From Phycisphaerae bacterium SM23_30 (GTDB lineage: Bacteria > Planctomycetota > Phycisphaerae > Sedimentisphaerales > SM23-30), in NCBI GenBank assembly GCA_001303695.1, contig LJUC01000001.1, positions 1-50,768 of the forward strand: a stretch of 50,768 nucleotides of DNA, written 5' to 3'. Position 1 is the first letter of the stretch. The number at the start of each line of letters is the position of its first letter. Positions 1 through 9,300 of this stretch are shown here, piece by piece. The position numbers were made by a program, and so were the translations under genes. Under the pieces are notes generated by a model. It did no database searches. It was not told the DNA's origin and worked only from the letters and a program-made list of their open reading frames with translations.

Positions 1-168
1 GTTCCTTTCGTAGTTTGTTTTTGGAAACATATTACAAGGAACAGACTTTTTTGGGAATTTAAACTCGATCATTTTTGTAAAATACTTTTCCGCAACAGAA
101 ACTAATTAATTATTGTTTTGCTATTGAGCCCTTTTAGTCGATTGAAATTAAGATTTAAGGAGAGTACG

Positions 169-1455
169 ATGCCTGCGAAATCAATCTGGTTTTTGGTATT
201 AATGATTACTCTAGGTATCTCTGACGTGATGACAGGGCAGACGGAGAAATCCTCAATTACCGGCGATCTTAGCCTTACAGATGTAATCGAAGGAATCAAG
301 ATGCGTCAGGAGATGCTCAATGCGGTTCATATCAAATTTAACTATGAGTGTTTTTCCGGGGCGGCCGAAGTGGCGGTCGATCTGAACAATCAATTTCATG
401 GAATCGGCTGTTTATTCTCTTATGATTTTGAAGTGCACAGGTTGGATGACAAGATAAGATTCAGGAAAAAAACTTATGAAGCCGCCAAGAGCTATGATAT
501 ACCTCGAGTGGATGAAACAATCGCCTGGAATGGGACCAAAGAAACGACACTGGGGTCTCAACCTACCAATCCTGAAATAAAACCAAGCGGAGTAATTGGT
601 CCGACGAAAAGTCCCAGTTATAAATTTTATTATTGGCAGACACCCATCGAAGGCGATGTGTTTGAAACCAAAAAAACGGTGGTCCAATTGTTGGAGACGG
701 GGCAGTGGCGGCTTTGGGGGCCGGAGAAATTAGGGGAACATGATAACGTGTACAAACTGGAAGGCCGCCAGTTCTTCGCCGAGGGCGATTCGGATGTGAT
801 GGAGATCTGGATCGATCCGGTTCGTGATTTTGCGCCGGTTAAAATCAAACACAGTATTCCGGAACCTTCATCGCTAATTCCTTTCCCGGCGGTTTACGAG
901 TTAAGTGAGATAAAGCTGGAACAACGAGACGGCGTTTGGGTAATTGTCGAGGCCGTGTGTTACTTTGATTATAATAAGCCGGAGGCCTTAAAAAAGTATG
1001 AAAATCCGGATTGTTATTATAAATTTCAAGTCGAAGAATACCAGGTAAACCCCGAAATGGATGAATCCCTCTTTGAAATCCAATATCCCAGCGGCACTCT
1101 GGTCTTTGATCGATTTCTTGAAATCGCATATACCATCGGCGTAGGGATGCCCCTCAGGGACGTATTTGATAATAAGGTTGATGTCGATTTTGAAAAATGG
1201 AATATATCCGAACCCCGGGAGGCGTTCGAGCTGGAAAAAATTCCCGATGACGCGGAGATTATTCCGGCCCCCAGGCAAGCCGCAGAGCGGGAAAATACGG
1301 GTGAAGAAGAGCCGGAAATACCGGAGCAAACCAGCGCAGCCCGGTTATCGCCCCTGAACAAATTCATTATCATTGGTCTGGGCAGTATATGTTGTTTAAT
1401 TGCGGTTTTATATCTAATTAAAAAACATTCACGAGGTAAAACCAGTGAACATTAA
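169..1455 (+). CDS. hypothetical exported / membrane-anchored protein
   Basis: ORF 118..1455. Preferred ATG at 169 with AAGGAG at 157-162. Hydrophobic N-terminus MPAKSIWFLVLMITLGISDV. C-terminal TM helix FIIIGLGSICCLIAVLYLI followed by KKHSRGK. No family recognised by eye. Confidence 0.6.
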   Translation: MPAKSIWFLVLMITLGISDVMTGQTEKSSITGDLSLTDVIEGIKMRQEMLNAVHIKFNYECFSGAAEVAVDLNNQFHGIGCLFSYDFEVHRLDDKIRFRKKTYEAAKSYDIPRVDETIAWNGTKETTLGSQPTNPEIKPSGVIGPTKSPSYKFYYWQTPIEGDVFETKKTVVQLLETGQWRLWGPEKLGEHDNVYKLEGRQFFAEGDSDVMEIWIDPVRDFAPVKIKHSIPEPSSLIPFPAVYELSEIKLEQRDGVWVIVEAVCYFDYNKPEALKKYENPDCYYKFQVEEYQVNPEMDESLFEIQYPSGTLVFDRFLEIAYTIGVGMPLRDVFDNKVDVDFEKWNISEPREAFELEKIPDDAEIIPAPRQAAERENTGEEEPEIPEQTSAARLSPLNKFIIIGLGSICCLIAVLYLIKKHSRGKTSEH

Positions 1456-2533
1456 ATCGACCCTAAGACACAATAAACTGTTATTGCTGTTTGTGGTAGC
1501 TATTTTGATCTATTTTGGATATCTGGCCTATACGTTTGGCGGCTTGCATACTCCTCGAGTTAATGGTCCGGGGATTCTCTTTCAAAGCACCGGCTACGAC
1601 GCCGGGTCCATAAAGGCCGCCACTACCGGATCGTTTCACTATCGTTTTCATTTCGAGAATAATGGAAATGAACCTTTGATCATCGATAAAATCAAAACGG
1701 ATTGCGGCTGCTCCGCGGCAGAAGCAGATAAGAATATCTATGCACCGGGGGAAAAGGGGATCATCGATGTTGATTTGGATTTAATAACTTTGGGGCGGCG
1801 TCGCTCTAATATCTTAATACAATCTAATGCCGCCACCTCTCCCGATGTCATTTGGATCGCCGCATCGTTTGAGCCCACAATAACCACACGACCTGAATCC
1901 CATCAGGTTCGATTCAACAAAATTAAAATAGGGGATAATATTACAAAAACATTAACAATAAATATATTTCACATGGACCCACTTGAAGTAACCGTTGACA
2001 ATATTTACAGCACACATAAATCGATCGAGGCAAAGTTAAACAGGTCAACAAAATCCATATTCAGAAATCAGGTCGGCTATCTTTTTACCTCTTTTTATTT
2101 CGATGTCACCGTCCAGGCGGAAAAACCGGGTGAAATAGGCGGAAAACTGAGAATGACATTTACCTCAAGCCAAGAGGTGCCTGATGTAGAAATCCCGGTA
2201 GCCGCCCATATTGTTCCGGAATTCACCCATAGCCCTCAGAAAGCGATATTTATCCTTTCTTCGGCACAACATGAAAATTTCGCAAGCAGAAAAATCGAAC
2301 TCTACCATGCGAACCATGGAACATTCATATATCATAAAATCGATAATCCATTCGCACATTGGCTCGACGTTCAGGTGAAAGTTGCCGAAGATCGTAAAAA
2401 AGTCATTTTAAATCTTAATCCATTAAAAGTGCCTGCCGAACGCTCCGTCCAGGGAGATATTATTGTTTACCTCGAAGATGAAACCGGCGCCATTAAGGAG
2501 GTCCATATTCCTGTCAGGGCAAAAGTTATATAA
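1445..2533 (+). CDS. DUF1573 domain protein (Ig-like, membrane anchored)
   Basis: GTG start overlaps the upstream stop by 11 nt. N-terminal TM segment LLLLFVVAILIYFGYLAY. FHFENNGNEPLIIDKIKTDCGCS matches the DUF1573 signature (N-G..L.I..V...CGC). Confidence 0.7.
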   Translation: MNIKSTLRHNKLLLLFVVAILIYFGYLAYTFGGLHTPRVNGPGILFQSTGYDAGSIKAATTGSFHYRFHFENNGNEPLIIDKIKTDCGCSAAEADKNIYAPGEKGIIDVDLDLITLGRRRSNILIQSNAATSPDVIWIAASFEPTITTRPESHQVRFNKIKIGDNITKTLTINIFHMDPLEVTVDNIYSTHKSIEAKLNRSTKSIFRNQVGYLFTSFYFDVTVQAEKPGEIGGKLRMTFTSSQEVPDVEIPVAAHIVPEFTHSPQKAIFILSSAQHENFASRKIELYHANHGTFIYHKIDNPFAHWLDVQVKVAEDRKKVILNLNPLKVPAERSVQGDIIVYLEDETGAIKEVHIPVRAKVI

Positions 2534-2797
2534 TCGCGTAGCTCAAGTTCTTAACAATCTATGATTTATACCCATCGGGCACGGAAAATCCCGGCAGGGC
2601 CACATCGAAGTTATTATCCGTCAAAAACTTAAGTTGCGGTGATATGGGAATATTCAATCGTTATGGGTGTAAATTGATGAAAGTAAGTGCCAGGCTGATA
2701 AACCTTACCATTTTGCCGCTTTTGTTTTTTGCCGCTGCCGCTTTCGATCAGACCGCCGTACAGGAAAAAGAGATGCCGGGGGACGGCCGAGGCGAGT

Positions 2798-2989
2798 ATG
2801 TCGATAAATGAGGTGGGCAATATTTGCGATTTGAATCATGACGGGGCGGTGGATTTGAAAGATTGGGGATTGTTTAGCGAGAAGTGGAAGTGGGAAAAGG
2901 TATTATTAGCGGCGGATCTGGATCGCGACGGATCGATGGGGGTGCGGGATGCGTATATATTTATTGGTAACTGGCTGTGGGGGAGGTAA
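2798..2989 (+). CDS. stand-alone dockerin-like (paired Ca-binding loop) mini-protein, possibly frameshifted
   Basis: ORF 2729..2989. Two dockerin/EF-hand-like loops: DLNHDGAVDLKDWGLF and DLDRDGSMGVRDAYIF. A signal-peptide-like ORF (2677..2811, MKVSARLINLTILPLLFFAAAAF) lies immediately upstream in another frame. Confidence 0.4.
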   Translation: MSINEVGNICDLNHDGAVDLKDWGLFSEKWKWEKVLLAADLDRDGSMGVRDAYIFIGNWLWGR

Positions 2990-3199
2990 TTTTTAATTTT
3001 CAATCAATTTTGAATGACGAAGTCCGAAATCCGAATCGGTGACGAGTGCGCCAAGGAAGCTGAGGCGAGCAAGCGGGACCATCCCGCCGGGCCAAAGGCA
3101 GGCCACCAGACCAGAAGGGAACTTTTTGTATAACGAGGCAACCGGTTATGCACTGCCAAAGGGGCGGGGGGGCATAAGTTTCACGATTACAATTTGGGA

Positions 3200-3229
3200 T
3201 TGCACAGGTGGGGGCGGCTATGCTACAAT
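3200..3229 (+). promoter_or_regulatory. sigma70-type promoter (TTGCAC-18 nt-TACAAT) upstream of the radical SAM gene
   Basis: TTGCAC at 3200-3205 and TACAAT at 3224-3229. The -10 hexamer ends 9 nt before ATG 3239, and no Shine-Dalgarno lies between them, so the transcript is possibly leaderless or near-leaderless. Confidence 0.4.
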
Positions 3230-3238
3230 CTAATATTA

Positions 3239-4771
3239 ATGGATCAATCTAAAGATAGACAATCGGCTGCCGATTACCCGGCGGCATTGCGGAGATATGA
3301 GCATCCTCTGGAGCGGTGGGTGGGTCGAGACTGGGTGCGGTATATTTTGCGGAAGATAACGGCGGAACGGCCGGGGACGGCGCGGCCGTACCTTTACGGG
3401 GCGCTGGCCAGCTACGGCGATCCCCGGGTCAATTTGCATGATAGATTGGCGTATTGGCCTATACACAAAATTATCGACCGCCTCCGGGGTTCGGCATCCC
3501 GCCAGCAGTTGCGGGCAAGGCTTGGCGGCCACCCGCCCACTTTGCGGGGCATCATCGCCACGGCCCGCAGCATCGCCGAATTCGGATTAACGATTCCGCA
3601 GCGCTGGCTGCATCCCTTGTTTGTGGTCTGGAACTTCACCAATCGCTGTAATCTTAAGTGCCGACACTGTTATCAGAGCTCCACGTTTCAGTTGGCCCAT
3701 CAAGAGCTAACCTTATCGGAAAAGCTCAGCGTGATCGATCAGTTAGGGAGTCAATATGTCGCGATGGTGTCGTTTGCGGGGGGAGAGCCCACCCTCAGTG
3801 CCGATCTGGAGCCTTGTTTGGCGCGCTGCAGCGAGTACGGCATGCACACGAGCCTGGCAACGCATGGGGGTTTATTGAGCCGGGAGCGTTGCCGACGATT
3901 GGCCCGTTTGGGTTTGCGATATGTGGAGATTTCGCTCGATTCGATCGATCCGGAAAAACACGACCGTTTCCGGGGGATTGCCGGCGCGTGGCAGCGGGGC
4001 GTGGAGGGTATCAAAAACGTGGTGGCCACGGAGGGTCTGCGGGCGGGGCTGGCCATGTGCATCACCAAGGAAAACCTGCACGAAGTCGAACGTATGCTGC
4101 ATTTCGCCTACAATATGGGCGTTAGCTGCTTTGCGCATTTTAACTTTATACCGGTGGGGCGCGGGGCCGACATGATCGAACAAGACATCTCGCCCCGGCA
4201 GCGGGAAGAACTGCTGGAGTTGCTGCGAGAGTGGATGAATTCCCGGCGGCTGGGAGTTATCAGCACGGCTCCCCAATTGGCGCGATTATGCATGATGCAC
4301 CCGGATGAAGACAGTATGGTATCCTGTTCCCATGCGGGCAGCGCCGCAGGGACTCAGGCGCGGGTGGCGGCCAAATATCTGGGGGGCTGCGGGGCAGGCA
4401 GGACCTACGCGTGTTTTCAACCCAACGGCGATGTCACGCCCTGCGTTTATATGCCCCACCACGTCATGGGCAACATACGGGCAAAATCCTTTACGGAGAT
4501 TTTTCAGCAAAGCCGATGGTGGGATCTGTTCTGTGATCGCAACGAACGGGAAGGCACTTGCGCCGTTTGCGCGTATCGCAATTATTGCGGGGGCTGTCGG
4601 GCCCGCGCCGCCGCCTATTTAAACCGGCTGGATCATTCCGACCCGGGCTGCATCAACAATCTCCAACAGTGGGAAAAATTAACGCAACAGCATGCGGCCG
4701 CCATCACCACCATCCATACTAACGGCTCCAGCCACAGCTTTCTGCATCATGTTCGATCATCTTCAATTTAA
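3239..4771 (+). CDS. radical SAM / SPASM-domain enzyme (NirJ/AhbD/PqqE-like) with a ~140-aa N-terminal extension
   Basis: ORF 3194..4771, with ATG 3239 preferred. CxxxCxxC motif in NFTNRCNLKCRHCYQ. GGEPTL SAM-binding motif. FNFIPVGRG. C-terminal Cys cluster (CVYMP...CAVCAYRNYCGGCRARA) typical of SPASM auxiliary Fe-S domains. Confidence 0.85.
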   Translation: MDQSKDRQSAADYPAALRRYEHPLERWVGRDWVRYILRKITAERPGTARPYLYGALASYGDPRVNLHDRLAYWPIHKIIDRLRGSASRQQLRARLGGHPPTLRGIIATARSIAEFGLTIPQRWLHPLFVVWNFTNRCNLKCRHCYQSSTFQLAHQELTLSEKLSVIDQLGSQYVAMVSFAGGEPTLSADLEPCLARCSEYGMHTSLATHGGLLSRERCRRLARLGLRYVEISLDSIDPEKHDRFRGIAGAWQRGVEGIKNVVATEGLRAGLAMCITKENLHEVERMLHFAYNMGVSCFAHFNFIPVGRGADMIEQDISPRQREELLELLREWMNSRRLGVISTAPQLARLCMMHPDEDSMVSCSHAGSAAGTQARVAAKYLGGCGAGRTYACFQPNGDVTPCVYMPHHVMGNIRAKSFTEIFQQSRWWDLFCDRNEREGTCAVCAYRNYCGGCRARAAAYLNRLDHSDPGCINNLQQWEKLTQQHAAAITTIHTNGSSHSFLHHVRSSSI

Positions 4772-4813
4772 AAAGTAAATAATATAACAAATATATTTTT
4801 TTGGGAGTTTACC

Positions 4814-6259
4814 ATGACCAGAAAAAGAATTACCTCTCTTATCATAGTCGCAGGCGTTGTGTTCTTGATCGCGTTGAATATCTCCGCTTCACGTCAAAAC
4901 CGGGATCATTCTCTTTTTGATCCGCTGGTTGACGTGGTTGATCTGATTCATAAATTCTACGTTACGGAAACCGATGACGCCGCTCTGGTTACGGGAGCCA
5001 TCAACGGGATGCTGCATCAACTGGACCCCTACAGTGAATACATCCCCGCCGAGGAACTGTCGGAATTTCAAAAGCAGACCAGCGGCGTGTATGAAGGGAT
5101 CGGGATCACCATCGACGTCCAGGACGGGTATATAACGGTGGTGAGTCCTTTTGAGGACTCGCCGGCCTACAAAGCCGGGATTCGGCCGGGAGATAAGATT
5201 ATCGAGATCAACGGTAAAGAGACCAAAGGCTGGTCCACGACGCGGGCGGTGCAGGAAATATCGGGACCGGGCGGCACCAGCACCAGCATTAAGGTCATTC
5301 ATCTTGACGGCAGGGTGGAAACCGTAACCATTGTTCGTCAGGAAGTAACGGTTCCCTCGGTGCGGGGTTGGCGGGTGGAGGCCGGAGGGGAATGGGATTA
5401 TCTGCTTGATGCTAAAAATCACATCGGTTATATCCGGATCACGCAGTTCGTCGGCGATACGGCGGAAAACCTCGATGGGGCTATTAAACAATTAGCTCGG
5501 CAGGAAATGGAGGCTTTAATCCTTGATCTGCGTTCCAATCCGGGCGGGTTGATGTCTTCGGCGCTGGAGGTTGCCGATCGGTTCCTCGATCAGGGGGTTA
5601 TCGTTTCCACCGGCGGGGCTAACACGGCGCCTCAAAAGCAAATAGCGCACAGTCCCAACACCTATCCCCGTTTTCCATTGGCGGTGTTGATTGACCAGGG
5701 CAGCGCCAGCGGCAGTGAGATTGTCGCCGGGGCGCTGCAGGATCACAACCGGGCCGTTATTGTCGGCAGACGCTCCTGGGGGAAAGGCTCGGTGCAGCGT
5801 CCCATGCGGCTGCCCGATTCCGGCGCCGTATTGAAACTTACGACCGACTACTACTATTTACCCAACGGGCGGTGCGTCCATCGTCGGGACGATTCCGATG
5901 ACTGGGGAGTTGATCCCGATGTGGAGGAAGATTTCGATCCCGACAAAGGGGATCGGTTTCGAAGCCTCATGGATGAGCTTACCCTACCGCCCGTATCCAG
6001 ATCTCAGATCGAAAAACTACCGCAGACAGGGGGGCAATCCGGCCAAAAAGTTGTCGATCCCAACCAGGCGGCCAAATTACCCAAGCCGGCTCAAGAACCG
6101 GAAATGCTTAAAAGGCTGCTCGCCCTCGACGATCAACTGGACCAGGCCGTCAAACAATGCAAAGGGCTTATCCGCACCAAACCCGCACTCAGAAGCCTGG
6201 CGGAGTCTTTTGCGGAGATTAAAAAGACCCCTGACAAGGTTAATCCCATCAAAAAATAA
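4814..6259 (+). CDS. S41 C-terminal processing peptidase (Ctp/Prc family) with PDZ domain
   Basis: GGGAG Shine-Dalgarno upstream and an N-terminal TM anchor. PDZ segment GIRPGDKIIEINGKE. S41 motifs DLRSNPGGL, GSASGSEIVAGALQD and WGKGSVQ. Confidence 0.85.
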   Translation: MTRKRITSLIIVAGVVFLIALNISASRQNRDHSLFDPLVDVVDLIHKFYVTETDDAALVTGAINGMLHQLDPYSEYIPAEELSEFQKQTSGVYEGIGITIDVQDGYITVVSPFEDSPAYKAGIRPGDKIIEINGKETKGWSTTRAVQEISGPGGTSTSIKVIHLDGRVETVTIVRQEVTVPSVRGWRVEAGGEWDYLLDAKNHIGYIRITQFVGDTAENLDGAIKQLARQEMEALILDLRSNPGGLMSSALEVADRFLDQGVIVSTGGANTAPQKQIAHSPNTYPRFPLAVLIDQGSASGSEIVAGALQDHNRAVIVGRRSWGKGSVQRPMRLPDSGAVLKLTTDYYYLPNGRCVHRRDDSDDWGVDPDVEEDFDPDKGDRFRSLMDELTLPPVSRSQIEKLPQTGGQSGQKVVDPNQAAKLPKPAQEPEMLKRLLALDDQLDQAVKQCKGLIRTKPALRSLAESFAEIKKTPDKVNPIKK

Positions 6260-6385
6260 TACCAGTTTTGTTTTATTTTAGCGCGTTTTCATAAGAGTAG
6301 AGACACCCTCGGCGCGACCTATCGGGTTGGGGGAGGCCACCGATGCCGCCCTATTGTGTATTTTTTTATTACGTTGGGATACGCG

Positions 6386-9300
6386 TTACAGATTTTCAAC
6401 GATGACGAAATTTTGCTGGGGGCTCAAATTGGTATTAATCGACTGGGCGGCATAGAAGCCGAACTCGGGCAGGCCGGGCTCAGTATAAACCGTATTACCC
6501 CTGATATGTCCGATAGTGCCTATGCCGGTGGATATCTGTGAGCCGGCGGCGCGGGGCAAGGCCAAACTCTCATAGATCCGGTCGGGCATAACGCCGACAC
6601 CTACAAAGGAGTTCCGCAATTCACCGCCAAACCGGAAGGAGTCGAGTCGTCCCTGATATAAATAATCGTCGGTGGGGTCCTGCAGGCCATTCATGCCGAT
6701 ATCAAAACCGGCCAACAAGTAAGAATCGACGACATCGGTGTCGATGTAAACCTTTCCAAGGTGCCAGGCGCTGATTATGGCCTGATTCATATTGAGGGCC
6801 TTGATGGAATTGATGGTATGGCCGCGGACCTGGGCCGATAGGGCGCCATTTTTAGCGTTAATCGATTTAATGAAATCCCTGGCGAAGATACCTCCGGAGA
6901 TATCCAAGGGAGCCGTAACACTGGCGATGCTGCCGGATTGAGCGACGATTTCGCCGGAGATGGCCCCGGTTTTACTGATTACTTTGCCGATATCTCCATC
7001 AGCCTGGATCTCGCCGGCAATATCACGACGGACATTGACGCGGCGGATTTGCTGAGCGTTGACATAGGCCCCCAGATCGCCTTCGGTGATATTGAGCTTA
7101 TTAATCTCCGCCGCCGCCAGACTCCCTCCCGTGAAGGAGTCCGCCTTGAAGATCCTAAGGTTACCGGCGAAATTCAAAGCGACATCATCTCCGATATGTG
7201 CCGCTTTGACAATCATGGGTTTGGCTGACGCCAGAGAGACGTTTATCACCGCATCATCGGCGATGTCTCCCAGCAGTAATCGGTTCAGGGAGCCGTTGAT
7301 GTCGATGCTTTCGTTGACAGTCACCTTGGGCGCCTTGATAACCGCCAGGCTGTTGTCCGAGATGATGGCGCCGATAAGCGTTTCAGTACCTCTTACGGAG
7401 ATATCAAGCTTGGTGGCCTGGGAGCTTTCTATAAATTCCAATTGATCGATGAAGTGGCCCCCCAGGGCGCCGTTTTGCAGGGAGAAAACGGCACTACCGT
7501 TAGTGATAGATACTTTCACCAGTTGGTTGTGGTAATCAAGAAAACTACGGGGATTTCCCGGGGCCACTTCAATCTGCTCTCCGGGATTATAAACCGACAG
7601 GTCGATGTTGCGGACCGGATCATCCAGGTCATTGGACAATAAAGTCAGGGTTGAATGGGAGGTTCCGAAAATTTCAGGCCGACAGAACAGATCAGCGGTA
7701 ATGGTCTGGTTAGGTTCAATAATAAGTTTACCGTTGGCAAGGTTTGCAGAGGGCACCTGTATTTGAAATTGGTTATCGTTAGTGTACCATTGCCGGATGA
7801 CCAAATCAGCGCTGCCCTCATTGGTGATGGTGAGAGGCAGGCGGGCCTGTTGATGAGGGGACAGGGTGCCGAAGTCAAGGGTTTGTAAGGTGGCGATTTG
7901 GGGAGTGACAGTGTTAGCGGTCAGGATCACCTCGGAGAGACTCGGAGCGCTGCTGTATGCTTTGAGGCTTCCTCTGAAAATTCCTTGGCCCAAAGAGGCC
8001 TGGGCGTCGAATCGGACATTGACCAGGAAATCATCACCCGGCTGTAAAATGAGATAGCCCTGAGGGGCATTTTCCAGTTCGGGGGCGGCGACCCAAAAAC
8101 CGGCGCCGAAGATTTCCACGCCGTTGTTTTGCATCTTAAGTTCCACTTGGCCGTTGTTTCTAATCCGAAACTGATGAGAAGATGTTTGGCTCAACAGAAC
8201 ATAGCCCAGGGATAATTCTGCGTCCTTTTGGACCGATTCCCCCAGGTAAACAAATTCCAGGGAAGGCGCCGTTGATTCTCCCGAGAGGCTCGAAAGCTCC
8301 AGGGCCCGATCACCATCGTTACTGTGAATGACAAGGGTGTCGGAAAATTGTCCGTCACCGGGGGCCTGGAAGGTGATAGTAAGTTCATGGCTGAATCCGG
8401 GAGGAAGCACAATGTCATCCCATTTATAATCAGGCTGATTAATCTGATCGATGGTAAAATCAAGGGGATTATCATTGGCGAGGTGCCAGTCATAAATATA
8501 TAGGGTGTAGTTACCCTCGTTGACCAGAGTGATAGTAGCCTGAGCCGGTTGATTTACCGGATGCCATCCGAAAGGTAAAAATTTATCATCGGAGGCGTGA
8601 CCTTTATTGTCATAGACCGCCAGTTTAGGCGCTACTCCCTGTCCAACTAATCGCACATGGTGATCTCCGGCGGGGACATCGCTGCGGATAATCAAGGTGT
8701 CAACGAATTTATTTATAGCGTAGGGAGTAAATTCCACCTGCAACTTCATGACGTCTCCGCTGGTGCTGCGCGGGGCCAATTGAAAGGGCGTTTCCGGCAT
8801 ATTCCAAATAGAATAGGCCGAATTGTCACCATTGGCGAACTCCAAAGCATTGACAGTCAGTGTCTCATTGCCCATATTCACTAAGACAATAATGATCCCT
8901 TCGCCGGTTACCCCGACCGGTGCGATGTCTAAATCCAGCATGTCAATTTCCTTGCCGCTTCCATCATCAAGTATTACCAGATCCGGCCCTTTCAGGGTAC
9001 CTGTCAAGGTAACGGTGTAGGTTAAATTTTCATCGGTGGAAAAAACCAAACTGCCGGCGGCGGCGGCGGCCCCGTCGGGGGGAAAGGCACTGGGCGCGAA
9101 AACGAGGGGTATATTTTTCACCTGACGGGGCGCGATGACAAATTGCTGTGGGAGCTGCTCCGGATCTTCTAAGCCGAAGGGTTGGAATGAGTGATCGGAG
9201 ATCAGATCCAGATTCATAACGGTGATGGGTTGGTAGGAACGATTGTGAAGGCTAACTACCTCGATGCTATATGTCCCGAGTTCGGTAGGACCAAAGTTAA

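Noticed and set aside
3039-3233. 64-aa ORF and the low-complexity stretch GAATGACGAAGTCCGAAATCCGAAT
   Set aside because: It has no ribosome-binding site and no motifs, and it overlaps the predicted promoter of the radical SAM gene. The low-complexity stretch looks like a degenerate intergenic repeat remnant.
4889-5491. 200-aa ORF on the minus strand
   Set aside because: It lies entirely antisense to the well-supported S41 peptidase gene. It is Arg/Pro/Gly-rich, typical of a shadow frame in GC-balanced coding DNA, and has no motifs.
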